Shown here one piece after another: positions 15,843-25,821 of a DNA stretch of 32,411 bases; position 1 is the stretch's first letter, and each line of letters starts with the position of its first letter. The position numbers and the translations under genes are program-made. Source of the DNA: a virus (lineage: Duplodnaviria > Caudoviricetes); the IMG/VR virus record IMGVR_UViG_3300024988_000224, positions 1-32,411 of that record, one strand, 5' to 3'. The notes under the pieces are model-generated. The model was not told the origin of the DNA. It ran no database searches and was given only the letters and a program-made list of their open reading frames with translations.

Positions 15843-17956
15843 CGCTGACCCCGAAACAGGAATGGTGGACCACCACGGAACTGGCAGCTAGCGGCCTGCC
15901 GGATGTTCCGGATACGCGGCAGGGTGTCGATGCCATGGCCGAGCGCCAGCACTGGCGCGCGCATCCGCATTACGCCCGCCGTCGCTCCGGTCGTGGCGGG
16001 GGCTGGGAATATTGCTGGCGGCTGCTGCCGGCGCGGGCGCAACGGCGCCTGCTGGCCGAGGTTGCGCCAGCGGGCGGGGCAGGGGCCGATCGCCCGGAGC
16101 GCGATACCGCATGGGCATGGTTCGAACGGCTGCCCGAGGCGGTGCAGGGCAAGGCGCGGGCGAAACTTCTGGTGATCCAGGCGGTCGAGGCACTGGAGCC
16201 CGTGCTTGGCCGGGATCAGGCGATCCGGCAGGTCGCGGCGGCCGAAGGCAAGGGCGTGCGCACGATCTGGGGCTGGCTGTCGCTGGTCGAAGGTGTGCGG
16301 CCCGATGACCGTCTGCCCTATCTCGCGGATCGCCACCGTGTCGAAACCGCGCCCCGGGGGGCAAGACCGGAGGTTGCGCCGGATTTCTTCGAACTGATCA
16401 AGAGCGATTTCCTGCGGTCCTCGGGGCCGAGCTTTTCGAGCTGCTACCGGCGCCAGTTGCGGGTGGCGAAGAAGCGGGGCTTCGAGGTGCTGCCGGAATG
16501 GCGGATGCGTCGTCATCTGAATGCCACGATCAGCAGGGTGACCCAGACGCTGTGCCGCGAGGGGCTGGATGCCGTGAAACGGATGTATCCGACGCAGGTC
16601 AGGGACAAGACCTGCCTGCAGGCGCTGGAGGCGGTGAACGGCGATTATCACAAGTTCGACGTCTTCGTGCGCTGGCCGGTCGAGCGCGGGCAGAGCGATC
16701 CGCCCTATGTCGGGCGGCCGCAGATGGTGGCGTTTCAGGACATCTATTCCGGCCGCATCCTGTCGTGGCGGGTGGATCAGACGGCCAACAGCAACACGGT
16801 GTTGCTGGCAGCGGGGGAGATGATCGAGGACTGGGGCATCCCGGAACATGTGCTTCTGGACAACGGCCGCGAATTTGCCGCCAAGGCGATCAGCGGCGGC
16901 ACCCCGAACCGGTATCGCTTCACCATGACGGACGAAGATGTCCCCGGGCTCTTCACCGCGCTTGGCTGCCAGATCCACTGGGCCACTCCTTATAGTGGGC
17001 AGTCCAAGCCGATCGAGCGGGCGTTCCGCGACATGTGCGACAATATCGCCAAAGATCCCCGCTTTGATGGTGCCTGGACGGGCAACCGTCCGGATGCAAA
17101 GCCCGAGGATTACGGCAGCCGCGCGATTGATCTGGAGGAGTTCCTGCGGGTTCTGGCCGAAGGCATCGAGGAGCATAACACCCGGATCGGGCGGCGTTCC
17201 GAAGTGGCCTATGGCCGATCCTTCGTCGATGTCTTCGACGAGAGCTATGCCCAGGCGCCGATCCGGCGCGCGACGGAGGCGCAGCGGCGGCTCTGGCTGA
17301 TGGGGGCAAAGGGCATCCGGGCCAACAGCCGCAATGGCCAGCTGAGCTTCATGGGCAACAAATACTGGGCTGACTGGATGCCGGAGATTGCGGGGCAGGC
17401 GGTGGTGATCCGCTTCGATTCCGCCGATCTCTGGTCGGGTCTGCACGTCTATACACATGACAATATCTATCTCGGCCATGCGCCGACCTTTGATCGGGCC
17501 GGTTTCTTCGACACCGAGGAAGCCAAGCTGCTGGCCCGGGCGAAGCGCGACTGGCTGAAGGCAGAGCGGGAGGCCGCGAAGGCGCACCGCCGGTTCACCG
17601 CGCGGGAACTGGGCCGGATGCTGGACGAGGTTAGCCCCGTCGAACCGCCGAAGCCGGAGGCAAAGGTGGTGCGGCTGGCCCCGGTCAAGGCAACCCGGCG
17701 CGGGCGGCCGGTGGATGCGCCTGCCGCCGAAACCACCCCGGCCTCGGTGACAACCCTGCCGCTGCGGCCCGTCCCCGAGGCGGCCGAGACGGCCCGCGAA
17801 CGGTTCCGCCGCGCGCTGGAGCTGGAGCGCGCGGCTGAAACCGGCGCCACGCTGACCAGTGATCAGCGCCGCTGGCTCGCCGGATATCAGACCACATCGG
17901 AATACCGCACCGAACGTCGTCTTCACGACAATCACGGCGACGAAATCTTCGGTTGA
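15839..17956 (+). CDS. Mu-like transposase A (DDE)
   Basis: Mu-type N-terminal HTH ('EWWT..ELA..GLP..P.T..GV..MA.R..W...R.GRGGG.EY'), DDE triad NGDYH / LDNGREF / KPIERAF. Confidence 0.95.
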   Translation: MTLTPKQEWWTTTELAASGLPDVPDTRQGVDAMAERQHWRAHPHYARRRSGRGGGWEYCWRLLPARAQRRLLAEVAPAGGAGADRPERDTAWAWFERLPEAVQGKARAKLLVIQAVEALEPVLGRDQAIRQVAAAEGKGVRTIWGWLSLVEGVRPDDRLPYLADRHRVETAPRGARPEVAPDFFELIKSDFLRSSGPSFSSCYRRQLRVAKKRGFEVLPEWRMRRHLNATISRVTQTLCREGLDAVKRMYPTQVRDKTCLQALEAVNGDYHKFDVFVRWPVERGQSDPPYVGRPQMVAFQDIYSGRILSWRVDQTANSNTVLLAAGEMIEDWGIPEHVLLDNGREFAAKAISGGTPNRYRFTMTDEDVPGLFTALGCQIHWATPYSGQSKPIERAFRDMCDNIAKDPRFDGAWTGNRPDAKPEDYGSRAIDLEEFLRVLAEGIEEHNTRIGRRSEVAYGRSFVDVFDESYAQAPIRRATEAQRRLWLMGAKGIRANSRNGQLSFMGNKYWADWMPEIAGQAVVIRFDSADLWSGLHVYTHDNIYLGHAPTFDRAGFFDTEEAKLLARAKRDWLKAEREAAKAHRRFTARELGRMLDEVSPVEPPKPEAKVVRLAPVKATRRGRPVDAPAAETTPASVTTLPLRPVPEAAETARERFRRALELERAAETGATLTSDQRRWLAGYQTTSEYRTERRLHDNHGDEIFG

Positions 17957-17965
17957 GAGGAGAAC

Positions 17966-18766
17966 ATGAGTAGCAACATCATCAACATGGACACCAGCGT
18001 CGCCCCGCTGCGCAATGTCTCGGCCCTGCTGGGGCTGGTGGACCGCGTGCTTACGCGCGACGATGGCCTGCCCGGCATGGCGACCTTCTATGGCCCGAGC
18101 GGCTGGGGCAAAAGCTCGGCCGCGATCTATACCCAGAATGAATTCGGCGCCCTGCATGTCGAGGTGCAGCCGCTCTGGCGGTCCAAGCAACTCCTGACCG
18201 GGGTGGCAAACCAGCTGGGCCTCATGCTGCGCAAGAGTGCGAGTGCCGCCGATATCTACGAACATGTTGCCGAGGGTCTGACCCGGACCCAGCGGCCGCT
18301 GCTGATCGACGAGGCCGACCGGCTGATCCGCGATGACATGGTCGAGGTGGTGCGCGGGCTCTACGAGGCTTCGAACGTGCCGATCATCCTGATCGGCGAA
18401 GAGGATCTGCCGACCAAGCTGCAACGGTGGGAGCGGGTCCACGGCCGGATGCTGACATGGGTGGCGGCCGAACCGGCCGAGCTGGCCGATGTCATGCAGC
18501 TGGCCCGGATCTATGCGCGGGGGATCGAGGTCGAGGAGCCGCTGGCGGTGGCGGTGCTCGCCGGATCCAAGCGGTCTCTGCGCCGCGTCAGTTCCAACCT
18601 TTCCGAAATCAAGCAGCTGGCGCTGACCAAGGGCCTGCAGCGGGTTGGTCTGAAGGAATGGGGAAACCGGCCTTTCCATAACGGGGATGCGCCGGTGCCC
18701 CGCCAGATCGAGGCGATGGAGCGGGCGCGGCAACAGCAGGCGGCCCTGCGGGCAATCAGGGGGTAA
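17966..18766 (+). CDS. MuB-like AAA+ transposition ATPase
   Basis: Walker A GPSGWGKS, Walker B LLIDEAD; directly after the transposase. Confidence 0.93.
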   Translation: MSSNIINMDTSVAPLRNVSALLGLVDRVLTRDDGLPGMATFYGPSGWGKSSAAIYTQNEFGALHVEVQPLWRSKQLLTGVANQLGLMLRKSASAADIYEHVAEGLTRTQRPLLIDEADRLIRDDMVEVVRGLYEASNVPIILIGEEDLPTKLQRWERVHGRMLTWVAAEPAELADVMQLARIYARGIEVEEPLAVAVLAGSKRSLRRVSSNLSEIKQLALTKGLQRVGLKEWGNRPFHNGDAPVPRQIEAMERARQQQAALRAIRG

Positions 18767-18768
18767 TC

Positions 18769-19347
18769 ATGGCGGTCAGGGTTCTCAAGATTGCTACGGC
18801 GAAACAGCTTCCGAAGATCGAAGCCCAGGCATGGCAGGTGGCACGGCGGCTGGAAATCTTCGGCTATTCGGAGATCGCCTCCGAAATGTCCGTCTCGCAC
18901 AAGGTGGCGACGGATCTGGTCTCCCGCTGGCAGGCGGAGGGGCGGGTGCAGCATCGTCAGGGCGGGCAGGGGCATAGCCGCAAGCTCTTCGAGGTTGCGC
19001 CTGAACATCGCGAACCGCAGGACCGGACGTCGCAGGTCTGTGCCCAGCTCTGGACCGGGGCGCGGGGGCTGAAGAAATTCTCGCCCACCGATCTGGCTGC
19101 CCATTGCCGGGCGGATCTGCGGGTCGATGACAGGGAAGCCAGCAGCTATTGTCAGGCCCTCTTGCGCGCGGGCTATCTGGTTGTGCTGCGCACCGCCATT
19201 CCGGGCCAGCGTGAGGCGACCTATCAGCTGGTGCGCAACAGCGGGCCGCGCGCGCCGCGCGAAAAGCGGGTGGCGGCGGTCTGGGATCCCAACGATGCGG
19301 CCTATGCCTATGTCGCGGGGATCGGCCAGATGGGGGGTGAGCAATGA
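18769..19347 (+). CDS. Mu-like early protein, probable tandem winged-helix
   Basis: 'Y..AL.RAGYL...Y.LVRNSGPRAP' pattern typical of the gene after B in B3/RcapMu-like phages. Confidence 0.7.
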   Translation: MAVRVLKIATAKQLPKIEAQAWQVARRLEIFGYSEIASEMSVSHKVATDLVSRWQAEGRVQHRQGGQGHSRKLFEVAPEHREPQDRTSQVCAQLWTGARGLKKFSPTDLAAHCRADLRVDDREASSYCQALLRAGYLVVLRTAIPGQREATYQLVRNSGPRAPREKRVAAVWDPNDAAYAYVAGIGQMGGEQ

Positions 19348-19733
19348 GCGGCCCCCTGCAAGCCGCCCGGGATGCCTGGGGTGACGCGCTTCCCGACTGG
19401 GTCGAGGTGCTGGCCGTGGCCTGCGCCAGATCCAGCCAGGCAAAGGTGGCACGCGCCCTCGGGCGCAGCGCGACCGTGGTCAGCCAGGTCCTGAACCGGA
19501 AATACCCGGCCGAATATGATGCGATCGAGGAACGGGTGCGTGGCGTGTTCCAGCACCAGACCATTCTTTGCCCCTCGCTCGGCGATATGGGGCTGCAGGT
19601 CTGTCAGGACTGGCGACAGAAGGCCCGGTCTTTCGTGATCGGCAATCCGCTGCGCGGCCGCATGTATCGCGCCTGTCATCGCTGCCCCCGCTACCTCCGC
19701 ACGCAAGGGGCGCCGGATGAGGAGGCCGAATGA
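19344..19733 (+). CDS. HTH DNA-binding protein with Cys cluster
   Basis: 'SQAKVARALGRSATVVSQVL..KY' HTH; CP..G, C, CxxC. Confidence 0.75.
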   Translation: MSGPLQAARDAWGDALPDWVEVLAVACARSSQAKVARALGRSATVVSQVLNRKYPAEYDAIEERVRGVFQHQTILCPSLGDMGLQVCQDWRQKARSFVIGNPLRGRMYRACHRCPRYLRTQGAPDEEAE

Positions 19734-19798
19734 TCCGCTGACACCGATCCCCCTGTTCTTCAGCCGGTTCTCCGGCCCCGATCCCGAAAGGAACTGAC

Positions 19799-20461
19799 AT
19801 GACCGCCCATCACTCCGCGTTTCAGCCTGCGCCCATGCCCACCGGCCTCGTCCGGCATGGGGATCAAAGCTACATGCAAAATGCCACCGGCGATCTGACC
19901 GCCGTCGAGAATATCCCCGCGCTGAAGAAGCTGCGGGACGAGATGGTGCGCCGCGAATTCGGCTATGCGATTGCCCTCTCCGAACAGATCACCCGGTTTC
20001 GCGCCCATACGATGGCCAATCTCGGGGCCTTCGATGCGCTGATGGCGCAGGAATATAATGTGACCGTCGGGGGCGAGAAGGGGAACCGGACCTATACGAG
20101 CTTTGACGGGCTCTGGAAGATCGAGGTGCGGGTGCAGGACCGGCTGGCCTTCGATGCCGGCATGCAGATTGCAAAGGCCCTGTTTGACGAATGTCTGCGG
20201 GAATGGGCCGAGGGCACCCGGGCCGAAATGCGCTCGATCGTCACCAATGCCTTCGACACCGACAAGGAAGGTCAGATCAACCGCACCAATATCTTTATCC
20301 TGCTGGGCACCGAAAGCGATGACAGCCGCTGGCAGGAAGGGCAGCGTGCCATCCGCGAGGCCATGTATGTGATCGGCTCGAAGGAATATCTGCGGTTCTC
20401 GTTCCGCGATTCCTGTCGGGATCGCTGGAAGGCGCTGACCATCGATCTGGCGAGCGCCTGA
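19799..20461 (+). CDS. DUF3164-family Mu-like phage protein
   Basis: 'GG.KGN.T..SFDG..KI....D...FD...Q.AK.L.DECL.EW' signature. Confidence 0.82.
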   Translation: MTAHHSAFQPAPMPTGLVRHGDQSYMQNATGDLTAVENIPALKKLRDEMVRREFGYAIALSEQITRFRAHTMANLGAFDALMAQEYNVTVGGEKGNRTYTSFDGLWKIEVRVQDRLAFDAGMQIAKALFDECLREWAEGTRAEMRSIVTNAFDTDKEGQINRTNIFILLGTESDDSRWQEGQRAIREAMYVIGSKEYLRFSFRDSCRDRWKALTIDLASA

Positions 20462-20462
20462 C

Positions 20463-20912
20463 ATGGCCGGAAACCTGACCCTCCAGCGGATGATCCATGC
20501 CGGTTGCAGACAGCTGCGACTGGATGAGGATGCGCGGCATGATCTGCAGCTGCTCGTGACCGGGAAATCCAGCATGTCGGCGATGACCGATGCGGATCTG
20601 AAGAAGGTGATCGAGGCCCTGAAACAGCGCGGCTTCAGGGCGGGCTTCCGGAAGGCGGCAAAAGGGCGGCGTGCCGCAGCCCCGCGTGCGGATCTCCGCT
20701 ATGTCCATGTGCTCTGGAAGCTGCTCGGGGATGCCGGGGCGCTGGAAAGCCCCGGCCGGGACGGGCTGAACGCCTTCGTGCGGCGGCGGTTTGGCGGAAA
20801 ATGGCAATCGGTGCCGATCGACATTGATGCCCTGCGCGACCAGCGCCAGATCAATGATGTCATCCAGGCGCTGAGGGACTGGTGCAAGCGGAAGGGGCTC
20901 CGGCTGCAATGA
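20463..20912 (+). CDS. gemA: GemA/gp16-like (DUF1018) regulatory protein
   Basis: 'IH....QL.LDED..H..L...TGK.S...M...L.KV...LK.RGF' signature. Confidence 0.82.
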   Translation: MAGNLTLQRMIHAGCRQLRLDEDARHDLQLLVTGKSSMSAMTDADLKKVIEALKQRGFRAGFRKAAKGRRAAAPRADLRYVHVLWKLLGDAGALESPGRDGLNAFVRRRFGGKWQSVPIDIDALRDQRQINDVIQALRDWCKRKGLRLQ

Positions 20913-21175
20913 ACCTGCGTGTCTCCGACCATGCGGTCCTGCGCTATCTTGAACGTGCAGGCGGGTTCCGGATCGAGGAACTTCGCGCGGCTATCGCCGG
21001 TCGGCTGGCGGAAGCCGTTGAGGCCGGTGAGCGGCAGATCCTCATGGATGGCGTCATCTTCGTGGTGCGGGGCAGTCTCTGTGAGGAAGGGGGTCTGAAC
21101 GTGACCACTGTTCTCCTTGCCCCGGAGCAATGCAAACGCCGCCCGCGCCGGAGACGTCGGGAGGCCGAACCATGA
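20909..21175 (+). CDS. Hypothetical phage protein (MNLRVSDHAVLRYLER)
   Basis: ATGA overlaps on both sides; 'VSDHAVLRYLER' motif. Confidence 0.7.
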   Translation: MNLRVSDHAVLRYLERAGGFRIEELRAAIAGRLAEAVEAGERQILMDGVIFVVRGSLCEEGGLNVTTVLLAPEQCKRRPRRRRREAEP

Positions 21176-21594
21176 CCGGGGATGCGGAATGGGAGGACGG
21201 GTTCCGCGCGCCCCGTGCCCCGGCGCATGTGCAGCCCTATGTCGATGTGCTGGGCGAGAAGGGGGCGATGGCCTTCCTGCTCGAGTTTGGCGGGGCGGAG
21301 GTCTATCTGCCCGCCAGCCCCAGAAGCCGCTCGCTGATCGTGCAGCGGCTCGGTCAGGACCGGACGCTGGCGCTTGCCCAGGCGCTGAGCCGGATGATGA
21401 GTTCGGGCCAGAAGCTGCGGGTGCCGACCGCGAAGCCCTGGCTTGCGGTCTGCATGCGGCACGAGGGCATGACCACGGCGGATATCGCGCGCCGCCTGCA
21501 TGTGACCGATGCCACCGTCCGGGGCTGGTTCCGGCGCAAGGGGCGGCGGCGCCCCCCGCCGAAATTCGACCCCCGGCAACTCAAACTGTTCTGA
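21172..21594 (+). CDS. Mor/C-like late transcription activator
   Basis: 'FL.EFGG.EVYLP' plus C-terminal HTH 'GMTTADIARRLHVTDATVRGW'; last gene before the lysis cassette. Confidence 0.78.
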   Translation: MTGDAEWEDGFRAPRAPAHVQPYVDVLGEKGAMAFLLEFGGAEVYLPASPRSRSLIVQRLGQDRTLALAQALSRMMSSGQKLRVPTAKPWLAVCMRHEGMTTADIARRLHVTDATVRGWFRRKGRRRPPPKFDPRQLKLF

Positions 21595-21601
21595 CCCAAT
21601 A

Positions 21602-21642
21602 ACCGAAGCGGATGTCTGGCGAGGCGTCCGATCCGCCATTCT
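21602..21642 (+). promoter_or_regulatory. Putative activator-dependent late promoter (Plys-like)
   Basis: ACCG-N2-GCGGATGT (21602-21615) shared with 32210-32223; CATTCT -10-like element. Confidence 0.5.
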
Positions 21643-21685
21643 GCCCCTGATAACGGGGCGCTGATGCCCCTCGGCGAGGGCATCC

Positions 21686-22582
21686 ATGAAGCTGAAGAAC
21701 CACCGGATTGACGGGATCGACTACCGCGCGGCCAAGCTGATCGGCGGCCTCATCACCCCGGAAATCATCATCCTTCACGACACGGCCGGGCGGCTCGAAA
21801 AGTTCAACAGCCGCGATTATCTGGCCAGTTCCCCGGCGGTCAGCGTGCAGTTCGTGGTAGAACGCGATGGCACCGTCAGCCAGCTGGTGCCGACCAACCG
21901 CCGCGCCGCCCATGCCGGGCAATCCTCCTATCACGGCCGCAGCGGCTGCAATGATTTCGCCATCGGCATCGAGATCGTGAACCCCGGCCGGATGCAGCGC
22001 GGCACGGGGGGCGCGGTGCTGGCCTGGTGGGGGCAGGATTTCGGGCCGGGCGGCCAGATCGGCGGCTACACCCTCGCGGATGTCGAAACGCCCGAACACG
22101 GCAAGGGCACCTGGATGGCCTATACACCCGAGCAGATCGCGGCGGTTGAAGAGCTGGCGCAGGCGCTTTTTGCAGGCATCCCGACCCTGCGTGACATCAC
22201 CACGCACTGGTATGTCAGCCCCGGCCGCAAGGTCGATACCAACCCGCTCTTTCCGCTGGAGGCGATCCGCGCCCGGGTTCTGGGGCGCGATGACCCTGCA
22301 GAAGCGGCGGCGGAAGCGGGCAGCGATGTGGTCGGCGGGGACGAATTCGTCCAGATCGAGACCCCCGGCACCACGCTGAACCTCAGGCGCTGGCCGAGCT
22401 TCAATCCCAACATCCTCGCCGCGATCCCCGATCAGGCCATCGTCCCCGTGAACCGCGAAGGGCTGTTTGGCGGTCGGCGCTGGCTGAACGTCACCTTCGG
22501 CGGCCTGACCGGCTGGATCGTCGCCACCTATGCCGCCCCTGTCCGTTTCGGGACCGGCGGTCACTCCCCCCGTATCGCCTGA
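21686..22582 (+). CDS. Endolysin: N-acetylmuramoyl-L-alanine amidase (Amidase_2) + SH3-like domain
   Basis: 'IILHDTAG', 'AHAG.S', 'IGIEIVN', 'TH..VSPGRK.D'; C-terminal 'LNLR..PS....IL...G...GWI'. Confidence 0.92.
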   Translation: MKLKNHRIDGIDYRAAKLIGGLITPEIIILHDTAGRLEKFNSRDYLASSPAVSVQFVVERDGTVSQLVPTNRRAAHAGQSSYHGRSGCNDFAIGIEIVNPGRMQRGTGGAVLAWWGQDFGPGGQIGGYTLADVETPEHGKGTWMAYTPEQIAAVEELAQALFAGIPTLRDITTHWYVSPGRKVDTNPLFPLEAIRARVLGRDDPAEAAAEAGSDVVGGDEFVQIETPGTTLNLRRWPSFNPNILAAIPDQAIVPVNREGLFGGRRWLNVTFGGLTGWIVATYAAPVRFGTGGHSPRIA

Positions 22583-22591
22583 GGAGGCCCC

Positions 22592-22909
22592 ATGTTCCGC
22601 CTGTCGAACAATACCGAATTGCCCGAAACCTCTGCCCTCGGCGTGAAGTCGTTCTGGCTTCTGCTGGTCACGGTGCTGGTCACCGCCTGCAATGCCATCG
22701 GCTTTGCCCTGCTGCCCAGCCTCTGCGAGGTGGGCCTCGGCTGCACGGCCGAAGAGGTGGCGGCGCGCGGCGAGCATGCCGTGTCGCTCATCCAGCAGCT
22801 GGTGCCGATCCTCACCGCAATCTGGCTCTGGTTCGAACGCCGCGCCCCGAAGTTCCGACTGGTGTTCTGGCGCAGGCCTGCCGCCGGCGGGGCAGGGGAG
22901 AACGCCTGA
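22592..22909 (+). CDS. Putative holin
   Basis: Small multi-TM protein with basic C-terminus right after the endolysin; GAGGAGG RBS. Confidence 0.62.
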   Translation: MFRLSNNTELPETSALGVKSFWLLLVTVLVTACNAIGFALLPSLCEVGLGCTAEEVAARGEHAVSLIQQLVPILTAIWLWFERRAPKFRLVFWRRPAAGGAGENA

Positions 22910-22910
22910 G

Positions 22911-23252
22911 ATGAATGCCGAAATGCTGAACATCTCGCCTGCCGTGGTCTGGGTGATCGCGCTGAGCCAGCTTCTGACCTTCGGGCTGACGGTCTGGAAC
23001 ATGATTTCCAGCGGCAGCCGGGCCAATGCGAAGCGGCTCGATGAACATGCCGGAATGCTGGCCCGTCACAGCGAACGGCTTCAGAGCATGGAGCAGGCCG
23101 TCCGCGACATGCCCTCGCGCGACGATTTCCACAAGCTTGACCGGGAAATGGTCGGGCTGCGTGGCACCATGGCGGTGCTGACTGAACGGCTGGAGCCGCT
23201 GAAGGCAATCACCGAACGCATGCAGGAACTGCTTCTGGAGCGTGGCAAATGA
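22911..23252 (+). CDS. DUF2730-like membrane-anchored coiled-coil protein
   Basis: N-terminal TM, 'MPSRDDFH.L' motif, position before the gp26/gp27 homologues. Confidence 0.72.
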   Translation: MNAEMLNISPAVVWVIALSQLLTFGLTVWNMISSGSRANAKRLDEHAGMLARHSERLQSMEQAVRDMPSRDDFHKLDREMVGLRGTMAVLTERLEPLKAITERMQELLLERGK

Positions 23253-23551
23253 AGGACATGGCGCAGCTGATGCGGGAGCAGTCCCGCCTGATCGTTCTGA
23301 AGACGCTGGCCCAGCAGACCGACGAGACGCTGAACAGCGATCTTATCCTGCCGGAACTGACGCGGTTCGGCATTCGCCGCGACCGTGCCTGGCTGCATCA
23401 GGAAATGCGCTGGCTGCAGACCATGGGGGCGCTGACGCTGATCGAGGCGGGGTCGGTTCTCGTTGCCACGCTGACCGAGACCGGCCGCCAGCATCTTGAT
23501 CGCGTGATCGCCATTGAAGGTATCCAGCGCCCGTCGCGGCCGGGCGGTTGA
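23249..23551 (+). CDS. Mu gp26-like protein
   Basis: 'RL.VLK.L', 'A.LT..G....I.GI.RP' motifs and synteny. Confidence 0.75.
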   Translation: MKDMAQLMREQSRLIVLKTLAQQTDETLNSDLILPELTRFGIRRDRAWLHQEMRWLQTMGALTLIEAGSVLVATLTETGRQHLDRVIAIEGIQRPSRPGG

Positions 23552-23552
23552 C

Positions 23553-24149
23553 ATGGCAGAGCAACCCAAAGGGCGGGGGCGGCTTTCCTCGATCGAGCTG
23601 ATGCCCTCGGAATGCGACGCCATCATCGCCTGGGCGGCGCAGGAGCTGTCAAAACGCGACCGGACCCAGGTCGATATCTATGCCGAATTCGTCGCCGAAT
23701 GCGAAAAGCTGATGGCGGACAGCCGGGGCGAGCTCGAATTCAGGATCCCGGCCTTCAGCAGCTTCAATCGCTACGCCTTCAAGATGGCGCGGCTGACGCG
23801 GCGTCTGGATCAGACGCGCGCCATCGTCTCGACGCTGGCCGAGAAATTCGACCCGTCGGATGCCGACAATCTGACGGTGATGGCCGCCGAAACGGTCAAG
23901 GCGCTGGTCCTCAACATGCTGGCGGAGGCCGATGAGGATTCGATCGATCCGAAGGGGGTGATGCAGCTTGCGGCCGCCCTGCGCCATGCCATGGCGGCCC
24001 AGAGCGTCAGTTCCGACCGGCGCCAAAAGGTTGAGGCGGCCTTTGCCGCCAAGGTCGAGACGGCCGTTTCCACCGTGGCGCGGGTCAAGGGCCTGACCGC
24101 CGAAACCGCCGAAGCGATCAAGGCGCAGATCCTCGGGGTCTCCGGATGA
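23553..24149 (+). CDS. Mu gp27-like (DUF3486) putative small terminase
   Basis: 'RGRLSSI.LMP', 'S.F.RY', C-terminal 'GL..ET...I...ILG'; precedes TerL. Confidence 0.82.
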   Translation: MAEQPKGRGRLSSIELMPSECDAIIAWAAQELSKRDRTQVDIYAEFVAECEKLMADSRGELEFRIPAFSSFNRYAFKMARLTRRLDQTRAIVSTLAEKFDPSDADNLTVMAAETVKALVLNMLAEADEDSIDPKGVMQLAAALRHAMAAQSVSSDRRQKVEAAFAAKVETAVSTVARVKGLTAETAEAIKAQILGVSG

Positions 24150-25819
24150 CCGCCCCGATCTCCCGCGAGGAATGGGCGGAACTTCGGCGTGCGGCGACGG
24201 AAGGGATGTCGGGGCTGATCGACGAGGTGGGCCTGCCGAAGGTGCTGCTGCCCTATCAGGCGCGGGCGGTCAGCCTGTTGGACAATACCGCGCTCTGCCG
24301 GGTGCTGTTTGTCGAGAAGTCGCGCCGGGTCGGGCTGACCTGGGGGCTTGCGGCCTATGCGGTGCTGCGGGCCGGGCGGGAACGTCCGGCGGGCGGGATG
24401 GATGTGATGTATATCTCCTATTCGCAGGAGATGACGCGGGAGTTCATCGACGCCTGCGCCATGTGGGCGCGGGCCTTCGCCACGGCGGCGGTGGCCTCGG
24501 ACGAACTGCTGTTCGAGGATACCAACCCGGCCGACCCGAGCGATACCAAACACATCAAGGCCTTCCGCATCCAGTTCGCCAGCGGCTTCGAGGTGCTGGC
24601 GCTGTCCTCGGCGCCGCGCGGGCTGCGCGGCAAGCAGGGGGTGGTGATCATCGACGAGGCGGCCTTCGTCGACAATCTGGCCGAACTTCTGAAGGCGGCG
24701 CTGGCTTTCCTGATGTGGGGCGGTCAGGTGGTGGTCTGTTCCACCCATAACGGGGTGGACAATGCCTTCAACGGGGTGGTCCAGGACATTCTGGCCGGGC
24801 GCAAACCCTATCGCCACCTGCATATCGACTTCGACGAGGCGCTGCGCGACGGGCTTTATCAACGGATCTGCCTGCGCACCGGCGATGCCTGGACGCCCGC
24901 GGCCGAGGCGGGCTGGCGGCAGGAGATCATCGACTTCTATGGCGAGGGCGCGGATGAGGAACTGTTCTGCATCCCGGCGCTCGGCTCCGGGGCCTGGCTG
25001 CCCGCGCCGCTGATCGAGGCGCGGATGACCGCGCCCGGCAGGGTGCTGCGGCTGGAGCTTCCGGCGGATTACCTGCACCGCCCGGCGCTGGATCAGGCGG
25101 CGCTGATGGCGCCGTTTCTGGAGGAGCTGGGCGAGGCGCTGGCCGGGATCGACCTCGGGCCGCTCTATGCCTTCGGCTTCGACTTCGGCCGGGTGGCCGA
25201 CCTGTCCACGGTCAGTTTGCTGGCCATTGAAGCCGGTCTCAAACGCCGCGAGGCGCTGGCGCTGGAGATGCGCAACGTGCCCGGCGACGAACAGAAGCGC
25301 GTCGTCGGCATGATCCTCGACCATGTCAGAGCGCGGCTGGTCGGCGCGGCCTTCGATGCCACTGGCATGGGCTGGACCGTGGCCGAGGATATGGGGCGCA
25401 GGTTCGGGCTGAAGGAAGACCCCGAAGGCCCCGGCCTCGTCTGGGCGATCAAGTTCAGCGAGGAATGGTACCGGCTGCAGATGCCGCCGCTGAAGGCGGC
25501 TTTCGAGGATGATCACATCGCGCTGATCGCCGACAGCGAGCATGTCTCCGACCTGCGCATGGTGAAGCTGATCCGGGGCATCCCCCGCGTGCCCCCCGTC
25601 CGCGAGGGCGAGAAGGGCAGGAAGCGCCACGGCGATTATGCCATCGCGCTGGCGCTGGCATATTTTGCCAGCCGCATGCGCTGGGTCGAATACGGCTATG
25701 TGCCGGTGCCGGTCCATGACCAGAGGGTCGGCCATAACGGCGGCCCCGCAATGTTCGGGAGCGAAGAGGAGGGCTGGTGGCGCGGGCCGCTCGGCGCCCG
25801 GCTTCGCGGGAGTATCTGA
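24146..25819 (+). CDS. Terminase large subunit (Mu gp28-like)
   Basis: 'LLPYQ', 'EKSRRVGLTW', Walker B 'VIIDEAAF', nuclease 'GFDFGR..D', 'DATGMG', 'RHGD'. Confidence 0.93.
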   Translation: MTAPISREEWAELRRAATEGMSGLIDEVGLPKVLLPYQARAVSLLDNTALCRVLFVEKSRRVGLTWGLAAYAVLRAGRERPAGGMDVMYISYSQEMTREFIDACAMWARAFATAAVASDELLFEDTNPADPSDTKHIKAFRIQFASGFEVLALSSAPRGLRGKQGVVIIDEAAFVDNLAELLKAALAFLMWGGQVVVCSTHNGVDNAFNGVVQDILAGRKPYRHLHIDFDEALRDGLYQRICLRTGDAWTPAAEAGWRQEIIDFYGEGADEELFCIPALGSGAWLPAPLIEARMTAPGRVLRLELPADYLHRPALDQAALMAPFLEELGEALAGIDLGPLYAFGFDFGRVADLSTVSLLAIEAGLKRREALALEMRNVPGDEQKRVVGMILDHVRARLVGAAFDATGMGWTVAEDMGRRFGLKEDPEGPGLVWAIKFSEEWYRLQMPPLKAAFEDDHIALIADSEHVSDLRMVKLIRGIPRVPPVREGEKGRKRHGDYAIALALAYFASRMRWVEYGYVPVPVHDQRVGHNGGPAMFGSEEEGWWRGPLGARLRGSI

Positions 25820-25821
25820 CC

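Noticed and set aside
15632-18733. 1033-aa antisense ORF and similar long ones (23810-25735, 27161-28684, 21581-23026, 14007-15311, 1314-2486)
   Set aside because: Shadow frames opposite well-supported high-GC genes, with no recognisable motifs
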